Shown: piece by piece, positions 20,545 through 30,494 of the stretch
Numbering within the stretch: position 1 is the first letter of the stretch
How the letters are laid out: each line of letters begins with the position of its first letter
Assembly: GCA_038046405.1 (NCBI GenBank)
Contig: JBBSWI010000019.1
Coordinates: forward strand, 10,530 to 74,529
DNA length: 64,000 nt
From: Nanobdellota archaeon
Lineage (GTDB): Archaea > Nanobdellota > Nanobdellia > SCGC-AAA011-G17 > JAGVZF01
Direction of reading: 5' to 3'
Notes under the pieces: generated by a model
The model's input: the letters and a program-made list of their open reading frames with translations, nothing else
Database searches by the model: none
What the model was told of the DNA's origin: nothing
Position numbers and translations under genes: made by a program

Positions 20545-23403
20545 TCACAATACATTAAATAATATCTCAAATTCCTTTTCTTTTATCCTTTCAACAGACT
20601 TATGCTTGTATTGTTTTTTGGCCTTTTCAAAACTTAAAGAACTAGCTCCAGTAATGTCCTTTATTTCATCAGCATATTTCTTTAAATCGTAATCGGTGTT
20701 AATGACGAGTTCTATTTTATTCTCTTTTTTCAACCCAGCATTTTTCCTCAAGTTTTGTATCCTTCTTATCAGTTCCCTAGAATAGCCTTCTTTTTCTAGG
20801 TTTTCATCCAGCTCTATGTTTAAATATACGCTCCCATATTCAAAATCAATGTGTTCATTCTTAACGTCTTTATTAGTATAGGAAACCTTCTTGATATTGG
20901 TCTGCTTCTTTATTATGCCTTCAAGTGCCTCAAGGCAGTTTTTCACATCTTTGTTTGTGCTAAAAACAATCACTTCTTTTAATGGCCACCTCACCCCTAT
21001 TTTTGCCTTATCCCTTCCAAATAATATTGCTTGCATTATCTTTTCTGCCACACCGAAATTTTTTTCCAATTCGTTGTTTATTTGCCTCTTGTCTGATTTT
21101 GGCCAGTCTAGCAGATGTATACTTTCTGTTTTTTCATATTTTTTAAAATTGTTCTGGTATAGGTGCTCTGTTATAAAAGGAATGAATGGCGAAAGCAATT
21201 TCAATAAAGTTAAATTTACAGCATAAAGTGTGTATATGGCCGATTCTTTATTTTTTCCAATTGAAGACTGGACTCTGTCTCTAACATATTGTATATAAGA
21301 TCTTGAAAATGTAGCCACAAAAAAATCTTCAAGCGATTTGGCAGCAATATTTGGCTTTAATCCTTCTAAGTTTTTTGTTGTATTGTTTACTAGGTTGTTT
21401 AGTTTAGAAAATGCCCATAAGTCTTCTATTTGAAAACTCTTTGGCTTTCTCGGCTTTTTTCCCTGCAGGGATATTTCTAAGTAAGAAGAAAGATTGAGCA
21501 ATAAGCTCAATGTCTGCTTTGTTTCTCCGGCCATTTTGTATCCGAAATTAAGATTAAACTTGGGGTCTTGCTTGCAATACATCCACCGCATCACATCTAC
21601 ACCCATTTTTTCAGCAGAATCATCAAACCAAATGGCATTTCCAGCGCTTTTGTGCATGGGTTTGCCATGCTCATCATATACTTTCTCATAGGAAAACACT
21701 TTTCTGTACGGTGCTCTATTTTCTAGAGTCACAGACATAAACATCAATGAGTAGAACCATAGCCTTACTTGCTCCCTCATCTCACAGACAAGTTCTGTAG
21801 GGAACCACTTCTTCCAATATTCCCGGTCATGTAAGTAATTTAATGTGGAAAATGGAACTATGCCTGCATCAAGCCATGCATCTCCAACATCTTTTATCCT
21901 AGTCATTTCTTTATTGCATTTCATGCATTTTATTTTTACATTGTCTATCCAAGGCCTGTGCAGTTCTTTTAGTTGCTTAACTCCAGAAATGGCTTTTTTA
22001 ATCAATTCGTCTTTTGTTGATATAACCTCAATATGTTTGTTCTCACATTCCCATATCGGCAGGGGCAATCCCCAGTATCTTTTTCTTGATATAACCCAAT
22101 TGCCCATATTCATCAGCCAGTCTTCCATAAGCTTGCCGACATGCTCTGGTTCCCAACGAACTGTTTTATTTGCCTTAATCATCAGGGGCCTTATTTCATT
22201 TACATCAATAAACCACTCATCAACCAATCTAAAAACAAGCTCTGTCCCGCAGCGCCAGCAAGTTGGATAGCGGTGAAGGTAATTTTTAGTATTGTAAATA
22301 AATCCTTTCTTCTCAAGGTCTTTAACTATGTCTTTTGTAGTGTTTGCAACATTCTTTCCAGTAAGCCATCCAAATCCATTTATGAAATTGCCTGCTTCGT
22401 CTAAAGGGGCAATTTCGGGAAGGCGCTCTTTTTTCCCCAGGTCATGGTCTTCTTTACCGCAACCAGGAGCTATATGCACTATCCCAGTGCCTTCTTCTTG
22501 GCTTACCAAGTCCCAACCAACAATTCTTGGCTTAACATTTTTCTGGGCCTCTACATCTCTGAACGGGCCATAATATTCAAGTCCAATTAATCTCTTTCCA
22601 GGGATTGTTTCTAAAACTACATAATCTCCCTTCAAAGAATTTAAAGTGCCTTCGCTCAAGTAATAAACATCATTTCCTTGCTTAACCCTAGCATATATTA
22701 GCTCTGGATGGACTGCAACAGCCACATTTGCTGACAAAGTCCATGGGGTAGTGGTCCAGACTAGCAAGAATTCATTTTCATTGTCTTTTATTGGAAACTT
22801 GAGGAATAATGAAAGGTGCGTCAATTCTTTGTAGGAATCATAAAGCTCATGCTGGCTCAATGAGGTTCCGCACCTATAACACCAGGGCATAGAATCAGAG
22901 CCTTTAAACAGCCATTTGTTGTCATAGCACTTTCTTAGAAAATACCAAATATGCTCCATATTATTGTCGCTTAATGTGTAATAAGAATCCTGCCAGTTAT
23001 TCCATTGCCCTAGCCTTATGCTTTGGTCTGTTTGTATTTTTGAGTATTTGTCTACCCTCTCTCTGCATTTTAGAGAAAATTTTTCTATTCCATATTCTTC
23101 TATATCTTTCTTAGAGTTTAGTCCAAGGTCTTTCTCTACTTCTACTTCGACCCATAAGCCCTGGCAGTCAAATCCATTCTGGAATCTTTGATCATAACCT
23201 TGCATGGCTTTAAATCTCTGGTACAAATCTTTGTAAGTGCGGCCCCAGGCATGATGCACGCCCATCGGGTTGTTTGCTGTAATTGGCCCATCTATGAATG
23301 ACCAATGCTTCCTACCTTTGTTCTTAGCCACTAGTTTTTCAAATACACTTTTTTTTTCCCAAAAATCAAGTATATTAAGTTCAATCTCGCTTGTGTTGTA
23401 CAT
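20545..23403 (-). CDS. ileS: Class Ia aminoacyl-tRNA synthetase, IleRS-like (isoleucyl-tRNA synthetase candidate)
   Basis: 952 aa. GFDCQGL matches IleRS GWDCHGLP. The CP1/editing-region block is WRCGTELVFRLVDEWFIDV. KMSKS-like PMHKSAGN. The HIGH position reads GVHH. Confidence 0.6.
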   Translation of the reverse strand: MYNTSEIELNILDFWEKKSVFEKLVAKNKGRKHWSFIDGPITANNPMGVHHAWGRTYKDLYQRFKAMQGYDQRFQNGFDCQGLWVEVEVEKDLGLNSKKDIEEYGIEKFSLKCRERVDKYSKIQTDQSIRLGQWNNWQDSYYTLSDNNMEHIWYFLRKCYDNKWLFKGSDSMPWCYRCGTSLSQHELYDSYKELTHLSLFLKFPIKDNENEFLLVWTTTPWTLSANVAVAVHPELIYARVKQGNDVYYLSEGTLNSLKGDYVVLETIPGKRLIGLEYYGPFRDVEAQKNVKPRIVGWDLVSQEEGTGIVHIAPGCGKEDHDLGKKERLPEIAPLDEAGNFINGFGWLTGKNVANTTKDIVKDLEKKGFIYNTKNYLHRYPTCWRCGTELVFRLVDEWFIDVNEIRPLMIKANKTVRWEPEHVGKLMEDWLMNMGNWVISRKRYWGLPLPIWECENKHIEVISTKDELIKKAISGVKQLKELHRPWIDNVKIKCMKCNKEMTRIKDVGDAWLDAGIVPFSTLNYLHDREYWKKWFPTELVCEMREQVRLWFYSLMFMSVTLENRAPYRKVFSYEKVYDEHGKPMHKSAGNAIWFDDSAEKMGVDVMRWMYCKQDPKFNLNFGYKMAGETKQTLSLLLNLSSYLEISLQGKKPRKPKSFQIEDLWAFSKLNNLVNNTTKNLEGLKPNIAAKSLEDFFVATFSRSYIQYVRDRVQSSIGKNKESAIYTLYAVNLTLLKLLSPFIPFITEHLYQNNFKKYEKTESIHLLDWPKSDKRQINNELEKNFGVAEKIMQAILFGRDKAKIGVRWPLKEVIVFSTNKDVKNCLEALEGIIKKQTNIKKVSYTNKDVKNEHIDFEYGSVYLNIELDENLEKEGYSRELIRRIQNLRKNAGLKKENKIELVINTDYDLKKYADEIKDITGASSLSFEKAKKQYKHKSVERIKEKEFEILFNVL

Positions 23404-23561
23404 TTATTGTTTACTTCCAAAGTTAGTTTAAATATTTTGCTTTTTTAGCTTTACTAACGCAAAACAAACCTTTATAAATATTAATAAAATCGCCTTTCTA
23501 GGCCTTAAAGTCTGTTTAAGGGTTCTTAAATAGCCTTAGGTTAGATTAAACAAAAGTCAAT

Positions 23562-23975
23562 GTGAGGTACAAAAGAATGTATAAGAAAGACAGGGGATTT
23601 GAGCAGCACAGAAGTTTTGCCCCCATAAAGGTCGGCGAAGAGTTAGATGTTAAAATAGAAGCCGTTGGCGGAAAAGGTGACGGAATAGCAAAAGTAAAGG
23701 GATTTGTAATTTTTGTCCCAAACACCAAAGCAGGCGAAGAGGTCAGGATTAGAATAAATAAAGTATCTAAAAAAGTAGGCTTTGGACAGGTAATTGACGG
23801 ATCCGAAGGAAGCAAGGAATCTTCAGAGGAATCTTCAGAGGAATCTTCAGATGAAACAGAAGATGTGCAAAAAAAGCATCATGATGAAGAGGAGTCATTA
23901 GATGATTCTAGTGGCGAATCTATAGATGAAACAGAAGATTCAGAGGACTTTGGGGAAGATAAAGAAGAATTCTAA
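23562..23975 (+). CDS. TRAM-domain protein with long acidic Ser/Glu/Asp-rich C-terminal tail
   Basis: The N-terminus VGEELDVKIEAVGGKGDGIAKVKGFVIFVPNTKAGEEVRIRINKV is a TRAM fold. The tail is SEESSEESSDETED...DETEDSEDFGEDKEEF. Confidence 0.55.
   Translation: MRYKRMYKKDRGFEQHRSFAPIKVGEELDVKIEAVGGKGDGIAKVKGFVIFVPNTKAGEEVRIRINKVSKKVGFGQVIDGSEGSKESSEESSEESSDETEDVQKKHHDEEESLDDSSGESIDETEDSEDFGEDKEEF
23816..23851 (+). repeat. Perfect 12-bp tandem repeat x3 (ggaatcttcaga) inside the TRAM-protein gene
   Basis: Read directly in the sequence. It encodes the SEESSEESS stretch. Confidence 0.9.
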
Positions 23976-24127
23976 TTCTTGCCCAAGCATTTTATTTTTA
24001 GATTATTTTTTCATTTTTTACGCTCAGTGTGAGCAGAAAGCCCACGACCTTAGTCGTTGGATGAATGCAAGCATATATAGTTTTCTGCCATAGAAATATT
24101 TAAATAGTTAACTGTCACACAAATAAT

Positions 24128-24529
24128 GTGGTAAGCAAGAGATGGATACATTCAAACACTTGCATATATAAGATAGGATATCATTTAATTTGGTGTCCTA
24201 AATATAGAAGAAAAGTTTTAGTTGGAAGTGTAGCAACAAGATTAAGGCAGCTATTAAATCAGAAAGCGAAGGAGATAGATACAAAGATTGAAACTATGGA
24301 AATATTAGAAGACCATATTCATTTATTTGTTAAGACAAAACCGATAGCTTCTCCTCATTGGATAGTTCAACAGTTTAAAGGTTATTCTTCCCATACTCTA
24401 AGGAAAGAATTTCCACATTTAAAATCAAGATTGCCTACACTTTGGACAAGAAGTTATTATTGTGAAAGTGTTGGGCATATATCTGAAGATTCTGTTAAAA
24501 AATATATAGAAGACCAAACTGGAAAATGA
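24128..24529 (+). CDS. tnpA: IS200/IS605 Y1 (HUH) transposase TnpA
   Basis: 133 aa with the HUH motif LEDHIHLFV and a C-terminal catalytic Tyr region (SYYCES). Confidence 0.8.
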   Translation: MVSKRWIHSNTCIYKIGYHLIWCPKYRRKVLVGSVATRLRQLLNQKAKEIDTKIETMEILEDHIHLFVKTKPIASPHWIVQQFKGYSSHTLRKEFPHLKSRLPTLWTRSYYCESVGHISEDSVKKYIEDQTGK

Positions 24530-25572
24530 TATTAACCTACAAAATAAAGCACGAACAGAATTTTGAAAGAGAATTAATACTTGCCAGAAAGATTGCCGAA
24601 TATGGCTTAGCAACAAAAAGCATAACAAGCAAGGATGTCTATCATATTGGATTGAAGTCAATGATTAGTAATCAAATCCTAAAGAAATATTCTAAAAATA
24701 AAAAGTTGAAGAATGTTAATTCTGTCCAATTAACAATTCCTAATCAGGGAATAAAAATCAAAGAAGATAGAGTATATATTCCCTGCTTAAAATTATATTT
24801 AGATATTTATTTCAATAGAAATTTTAAAAAGATAAACCAAATTGAGATAGGAAAAGAATTTGCGTTTATTTCAGTTAGCTACGAAGAACCACTAACATGC
24901 AAGCCTAAATGTTTAATTGGAGTTGATAGGAATACAACAAACCATACGCTTGTAGCTTCAAATATTGACACTGGAAAAGTTTTGAAGCTTGGAAAAGAAT
25001 GCAGTCATGTTCACAAGAAATACAAAGCAATAAGAAAACAACTCCAAAAGAATGGAAAATTAAAGAAAGTTAAGCAGATAAAAAATAGGGAAAGCCGGAT
25101 TATAAAAAATATCAATCATCAAATAAGTAGAAAACTCGTAAATGAAATCATAAAAGTGAACGGAGGATTGGTTCTAGAAAACATAAAGGATATAAGAAAA
25201 ACTGTAAAAACAAGAAAGAAACAAAGATATTCCTTGAACTCTTGGAGTTTCTATCAACTGCAACAAATGATAGAATATAAAGCCAAAAAGCTTGGAATAC
25301 CTATTTTCTATGTTGAACCACAATATACATCTCAAAGATGTTCAAGATGTGGTCATATAGAAGAAGCAAATAGAAGAGGAAGTCTGTTCCAATGCAAGGA
25401 ATGTGGAACAGTTGAGGATTCTGGTGCAAATGCAGGTTTCAATATAGCATATTTGCACAAATACAGCATACCTCAATTCTGCAAAGAAAGTGATTTGCAG
25501 AAAGGGAACACTGATATCCCTAAAGAAGCAATGCTTGTGAAACCAAGTAACTTTAGAACCCAATCACTTTAG
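24526..25572 (+). CDS. tnpB: IS605 OrfB / TnpB RuvC-like RNA-guided nuclease family protein
   Basis: RuvC-I GVDRN, RuvC-II LVLENIKDIRK (Glu present), Zn finger CSRCGH...CKECG, RuvC-III DSGANAGFNIA. Confidence 0.8.
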   Translation: MILTYKIKHEQNFERELILARKIAEYGLATKSITSKDVYHIGLKSMISNQILKKYSKNKKLKNVNSVQLTIPNQGIKIKEDRVYIPCLKLYLDIYFNRNFKKINQIEIGKEFAFISVSYEEPLTCKPKCLIGVDRNTTNHTLVASNIDTGKVLKLGKECSHVHKKYKAIRKQLQKNGKLKKVKQIKNRESRIIKNINHQISRKLVNEIIKVNGGLVLENIKDIRKTVKTRKKQRYSLNSWSFYQLQQMIEYKAKKLGIPIFYVEPQYTSQRCSRCGHIEEANRRGSLFQCKECGTVEDSGANAGFNIAYLHKYSIPQFCKESDLQKGNTDIPKEAMLVKPSNFRTQSL

Positions 25573-25641
25573 TGGTTGGAGTATGTCAGAAAGCTATGTA
25601 ACACGGCAGTTTTATATATTATGTCTATTAGCTAATTTTTC

Positions 25642-26586
25642 ATGGCAGATTCTATATGGACAGAAAAGTACCGTCCATCAAACTTTTCAGAAATCATAGG
25701 CCAGGATATAATAGTTGAAAGAGTCCAAGCTTTTGTGAAGAACAAGAATATGCCGAACCTGCTATTTACAGGCCAGGCCGGCATAGGAAAAAGTTCTTTG
25801 GCTTTAGTCATTGCAAGAGAGCTTTACGGGATTTCTTGGAAAGAAAACTTCCTTGAGTTAAATGCCTCAAATGATCGAGGCATAGATGTTGTAAGAAACG
25901 TAATAAAGGACTTTTCAAGGACAAAGGCCATAGGCAATGTGCCCCATAAAATAATTTTTCTTGATGAATGCGATTCTCTTACTAGAGAGGCGCAGCAAGC
26001 CCTAAGAAGGACAATGGAAAACTATACCAACACAACAAGGTTTATTCTAAGCTGCAATTATTCAAGCAAGATCATCGATCCCATATTAAGTAGATGTGCT
26101 GTTTTTAGGTTTAAGCCGCTTACAAAAGAAAATTTCGAGTTTATAATAAAGAACATATGCAAAAACGAAAAATTAAAAATAGATGAAAAAGCAATCGAAG
26201 CCCTATACCTAGTTTCTGAAGGCGATGCAAGGAAAATGGAAAATATTCTCCAGAGCTGCGCAGCAATTTCAGCAAATATCTCTGAAAAGCTGATATATGA
26301 CATAGTAAGTTTTGCCGAACCGAAAGAAATATTGGATATTTTAAACATTGCAAGGAAAGACTTCATCAAATCAAGAAACAGACTCCTAGATGTTATGCTC
26401 AAGCACGGCCTTTCTGGAATTGATGTGATAAAACAAATCTCCAGAGAAATATGGAATCTTAATATCGATGACGAGAAGAAAATAAAGCTTATAGACAAGT
26501 GTGGCGAAATAGAATTTCGAATGGTAGAGGGCAGTGACGAGTTCCTGCAACTTGAAGCATTATTATCAAATTTTCTAGAAAAATGA
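25642..26586 (+). CDS. rfcS: Replication factor C small subunit
   Basis: P-loop GQAGIGKSS, DEAD-like FLDECDSL, and SRC motif PILSRCAVFRF. Confidence 0.8.
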   Translation: MADSIWTEKYRPSNFSEIIGQDIIVERVQAFVKNKNMPNLLFTGQAGIGKSSLALVIARELYGISWKENFLELNASNDRGIDVVRNVIKDFSRTKAIGNVPHKIIFLDECDSLTREAQQALRRTMENYTNTTRFILSCNYSSKIIDPILSRCAVFRFKPLTKENFEFIIKNICKNEKLKIDEKAIEALYLVSEGDARKMENILQSCAAISANISEKLIYDIVSFAEPKEILDILNIARKDFIKSRNRLLDVMLKHGLSGIDVIKQISREIWNLNIDDEKKIKLIDKCGEIEFRMVEGSDEFLQLEALLSNFLEK

Positions 26587-27782
26587 CACATAGTCTGAAT
26601 TTATTTATACCAAAAAACACAAGCGAAATCTACGGGCAAGAGTTTGCAGTCCAAAAAATAAAGGACTTTATCCTTAACTTTAGCAAGCAGAAAAAGAAAG
26701 CAGCAATTATTTACGGGCCTCCTGGAACAGGAAAGACCTGTTCTATATATGCTATTGCAAAAGAACTTAATTTGGAATTACTCGAGATTAATGCATCTGA
26801 TTACAGGAATTCTGAAAATATAGACTCTATAATAAAGCCAGCAATTTCACAAAAAAGCCTTTTCTCTAGCAGCAAATTAATCTTCATAGACGAAATAGAC
26901 GGGTTTTTCGGCACTCAAGATTACGGCGGCATACAAGCCTTAGCCTCTCTCATAGAAAGCTCAAAATTCCCCATTGTGATGGCTGCAAATGACCCATGGA
27001 GCAGCAAACTGTCTTCATTAAGGAGCAAGTCAAACCTAATTGAATGCCCGAGCATAAACTATCTTGTAATATTAAAAGCACTAAAAAATTTCGCAAACAA
27101 ATTGGCAATAAAATATGATGAAGACTCTATTAAGGCAATAGCTATAAATGCCAATGGCGACTTAAGGGCCGCCTTAAATGACTTTTATGCGTTGTCTATA
27201 GGCAGAACCTCAATAAAACCTGAAGACATTAAACTAATCTCGAGCAGAAACAAAAAAGAATCAATATTCAAGTCTTTAAGCATTATATTCAAGACAAAAA
27301 ACACGAATGAAGTGTTAAATTCAATATTTAATACAGATATTGACTTAGATGAAGCATCACTATGGATTGATGAAAATCTGCCCCTCGAGTATTCAAATGA
27401 TGACTTAAAAAAAGCATACAATGCCTTATCTAGGGCAGATGTTTTTAAGGGGCGTATAATAAGGCAGCAATATTACCGACTTATGGTCTATCAAGGGAAC
27501 TTGATGACTGCGGGTGTTTCTTTCGCAAAGTCAAAAGATTCCAAAAACTACATCCCATACAAAAGAACCGGGCGCATTTTGAAGTACTGGATAGCAAAAA
27601 ACAAGTACTCGAAAAGAAAAACAATTTCAGAAAAGATTTCTAAGGCTACACATTCCTCAACTAAAAAAGTTTTGAAAGATACTCTTCCCTATTTTAAAGT
27701 ATTATTCAGGAAGAATAAGTCTCTGGGAATAGCAGCAAGCCTCGGCCTTAACGAAGAGGAAATAGAATATTTAACATCTTAA
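26583..27782 (+). CDS. rfcL: Replication factor C large subunit
   Basis: [20 protein letters not shown] and FIDEIDG. It overlaps rfcS by 4 bp. Confidence 0.75.
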   Translation: MTHSLNLFIPKNTSEIYGQEFAVQKIKDFILNFSKQKKKAAIIYGPPGTGKTCSIYAIAKELNLELLEINASDYRNSENIDSIIKPAISQKSLFSSSKLIFIDEIDGFFGTQDYGGIQALASLIESSKFPIVMAANDPWSSKLSSLRSKSNLIECPSINYLVILKALKNFANKLAIKYDEDSIKAIAINANGDLRAALNDFYALSIGRTSIKPEDIKLISSRNKKESIFKSLSIIFKTKNTNEVLNSIFNTDIDLDEASLWIDENLPLEYSNDDLKKAYNALSRADVFKGRIIRQQYYRLMVYQGNLMTAGVSFAKSKDSKNYIPYKRTGRILKYWIAKNKYSKRKTISEKISKATHSSTKKVLKDTLPYFKVLFRKNKSLGIAASLGLNEEEIEYLTS

Positions 27783-27818
27783 AACTTCAAAAACAATTCA
27801 AGGAAAAACTTTATAAAC

Positions 27819-28556
27819 GTGATTTTTGTAATATTTCAAACAAATATGAAACTCGCTGCAAACAAAGTTCCAAGACATATAGCTATAATTTTAGATGGAA
27901 ATAGACGTTTTGCTAAACGTTTAATGATTAAACCATTCATGGGACATGAATGGGGGGCAAAGAAAGTAGAAGCCCTTCTTAATTGGTGTCATGAACTCAG
28001 CATTAAAGAATTGACGCTGTATGCGTTTTCTGTGGATAATTTTAACCGTCCAAAGGAAGAATTTGACTATCTTATGAAATTGTTTAAAAAAGAGTTAGAG
28101 AAACTAAAGAAGGATCCAAGACTAGAAAAATTCAGGATTAGGATAAATTTTATTGGCCGCATTTATATGTTCCCAAAAGATGTTCAAAATGCAATGCACT
28201 CTTTAATGGACAAAACAAAGAACAACAATAAACATATAGTAAACCTGGCAATGGCATATGGTGGCAGGCAAGAGGTAATAGACGCAGTAAAGAAGATTTC
28301 TGAAGCTGTAAAAAAAGGAAAAATATCTATAGACAAAATTAACGAAGATACTTTTGCTTCAAATCTTTATATGAGAGATGAACCCGATCTTGTAATAAGG
28401 ACTGGCGGCGAGAAAAGAACTTCTAATTTCCTGATATGGCAGGCTAATTATTCTGAGTGGGTTTTCCTTGAAAAATCATGGCCTGAATTTGAGAAAAAAG
28501 ACCTAGTAGAATGTATTAATGAATATTCAAAAAGGGATAGGAGATTTGGAAATTGA
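27819..28556 (+). CDS. uppS: Undecaprenyl/di-trans,poly-cis-prenyl diphosphate synthase (cis-prenyltransferase)
   Basis: HIAIILDGNRRFAKR, and AFSVDNFNRPKEE. The likely true start is MKLAAN at 27846. Confidence 0.8.
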   Translation: MIFVIFQTNMKLAANKVPRHIAIILDGNRRFAKRLMIKPFMGHEWGAKKVEALLNWCHELSIKELTLYAFSVDNFNRPKEEFDYLMKLFKKELEKLKKDPRLEKFRIRINFIGRIYMFPKDVQNAMHSLMDKTKNNNKHIVNLAMAYGGRQEVIDAVKKISEAVKKGKISIDKINEDTFASNLYMRDEPDLVIRTGGEKRTSNFLIWQANYSEWVFLEKSWPEFEKKDLVECINEYSKRDRRFGN

Positions 28557-28994
28557 GTTCTTATTGCTTGTGTCTATAACATAAACATTATGTTTTCTTT
28601 CTAAAGCCTCGTTTAGTATCACTTCAAAAAGCTCTGCATCAAGGTTTTCACGTATTTTCTCTTTGCCATAATGTCTTTTCCCTAATCTTCTTTTGAGTGT
28701 CTTTAAATCACATCTTGTCACAATGCATACGCTCGCATACTTTCTAGGAATGAAATGGCTTAGGTGCCCATCTATGACTACTTTATTATTCTTTTTTATT
28801 AATTTTATAAGCTCTCTTGCCAGTTTTTTCTCATCAACAACTTTTGTCTTTCTTTTTTTATCATAAAAGACAGAAAGCTTTTTCTCTTTGATAACTTTAT
28901 TGATATCAATATACTGGAACTTCAGTTTTTTTGCAATCAGCCTTGCGATTGTAGTTTTTCCGGTTCCAGGAGTTCCAGTAACAATAATTGCCAT
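28527..28994 (-). CDS. Fap7/adenylate kinase isoenzyme-6-like P-loop nucleotide kinase
   Basis: IIVTGTPGTGKTTIARLIAKKL, with an overall length of 155 aa. Confidence 0.55.
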   Translation of the reverse strand: MAIIVTGTPGTGKTTIARLIAKKLKFQYIDINKVIKEKKLSVFYDKKRKTKVVDEKKLARELIKLIKKNNKVVIDGHLSHFIPRKYASVCIVTRCDLKTLKRRLGKRHYGKEKIRENLDAELFEVILNEALERKHNVYVIDTSNKNSISKSPIPF

Positions 28995-29028
28995 GATAAT
29001 AGAAGAAATCTCTTATTTTTTAACCTTG

Positions 29029-29724
29029 TTATGCTTCTTTTTGTTTCTTTTTCTCTTCTTCCTCTACCCTTTTCCGATTATCATTTAAATCCCTTATGCT
29101 ATTCATCAATTTTTTTGTTAAACCCCAATATTGCGAGGGGCTGTATCTCCTTTTCCAATTGTCTTCCTCATTGCAGATTATTATGGACCTGCTGGCTATA
29201 TCAGAAAAAGCCAATCTAGCCCTATGCAAGAAGATTCCAGCCTCTTCGTTATAGTCTTCTGGTCTTATTTTATAGTCTTCTGTTAGTATTTTATATATCA
29301 CATTTCCAAGATTTGCTTTTTGACTTGGCTCAGGTCGTCTTAATCTGCCAACATTTGACTCTGCAACCGCAAGATGTCTTATTAAAGAATCAAACCGCAT
29401 ATTAGCAAGTTCTCTTAATTTTCCTTCAAGCCCATTAGGTCCTACAGCCAGCCCATTAAGGTAAGCGTTTTCACTACCCCCACCAAACGGCCTTTCTCTG
29501 AATGAAATATCGGCTAAGAAAACCCCCATTCCATACAAACCGATGTTTATACTTGTATTATCTACAAGCTTTTTCAATTCCTTTAACCTTGGTTTTTTTA
29601 TATGAGTCGCTTTGTCTGCATCAAGACTTTTTATAACCCTTGGATAGTCTTCTTTTAAAACATCCCTTAAGTATCTCAGAGAGCCATAAATTGTGGGTTC
29701 ATAAGACTTGGAATTAATAGGCAT
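29029..29724 (-). CDS. Hypothetical protein
   Basis: 231 aa with a charged C-terminal tail and no motif I recognise. Confidence 0.3.
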   Translation of the reverse strand: MPINSKSYEPTIYGSLRYLRDVLKEDYPRVIKSLDADKATHIKKPRLKELKKLVDNTSINIGLYGMGVFLADISFRERPFGGGSENAYLNGLAVGPNGLEGKLRELANMRFDSLIRHLAVAESNVGRLRRPEPSQKANLGNVIYKILTEDYKIRPEDYNEEAGIFLHRARLAFSDIASRSIIICNEEDNWKRRYSPSQYWGLTKKLMNSIRDLNDNRKRVEEEEKKKQKEA

Positions 29725-29791
29725 GAATCTATATCCTAAAAAATATGTATTTAAATCTTTCTATTTTAAACCATTCTATAGTGGTTACAAA

Positions 29792-30463
29792 TTAAGAAAT
29801 CAATGTTCCCATGAATTTTCTCCCGGAAATTAAATTTTCAATATTTTTGGTGTTTCTGTTTACAATTGCTGTTTTGATATTTCTTGCATGAATCATTTTC
29901 GCTGCACTCGCATCTAGGACAAAATGCTGCCCGGCCTTAAATTTTATTCTTCTTGCAACTTCATAAAATTCTTTCAAGCTTATTTTTTGTATTAATTTTG
30001 CATCCTTGAATTTTCTCGGATCTTTATTATATAAGCCATTAACATTAGTTATATTGATGAATAGGTCTGCCGTGATATTAGAAGCAATTTCAGCCGCCGT
30101 CCCATCGCTTGTCATGTTCGGATGAAATCCTAAAGCGCCAGTCACAATTAACCTTTCTCTTTTTGCCATCTTATAAAATTGTTTTTCTGTTGTTGGGACC
30201 GTCTTCAATTTGAATATTGCTGCTATTAATCTTGCATTAAGCCTTGTAGTAAATATTCCAATATAAGAAAGCGTGTTTTTGTCAAGCCCTTCCTGTTCAA
30301 GCGCACTGATATAATTCCTAGCTGTTTTCCCACCGCCGGTAACTATTATTATTTTATGGCTTTTCTTCAGCTTAAGAATTAACTTCTTGAATTTGTCAAG
30401 ATAAGAAAGATCGACCTTATTTGGGATTATCACGCTGCCGCCCAGGCTGAACACAATTTTCAT
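29792..30463 (-). CDS. pyrH: Uridylate (UMP) kinase, amino-acid-kinase family
   Basis: MKIVFSLGGSVI...IIIVTGGGKTARNYI. The 223-aa length is typical of archaeal PyrH. Confidence 0.7.
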   Translation of the reverse strand: MKIVFSLGGSVIIPNKVDLSYLDKFKKLILKLKKSHKIIIVTGGGKTARNYISALEQEGLDKNTLSYIGIFTTRLNARLIAAIFKLKTVPTTEKQFYKMAKRERLIVTGALGFHPNMTSDGTAAEIASNITADLFINITNVNGLYNKDPRKFKDAKLIQKISLKEFYEVARRIKFKAGQHFVLDASAAKMIHARNIKTAIVNRNTKNIENLISGRKFMGTLIS

Positions 30464-30494
30464 TGTTACTTTGAAATTTCACAAATATAAAAAA

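Larger units (their letters stand above)
24020..25640 (+). mobile_element. IS200/IS605-family insertion sequence (tnpA + tnpB); boundaries approximate
   Basis: An upstream imperfect palindrome gcccacgaccttagtcgttgg (about 24040-24062) is typical of the IS605 left end. Y1 tnpA and tnpB overlap by 4 bp. Confidence 0.7.
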
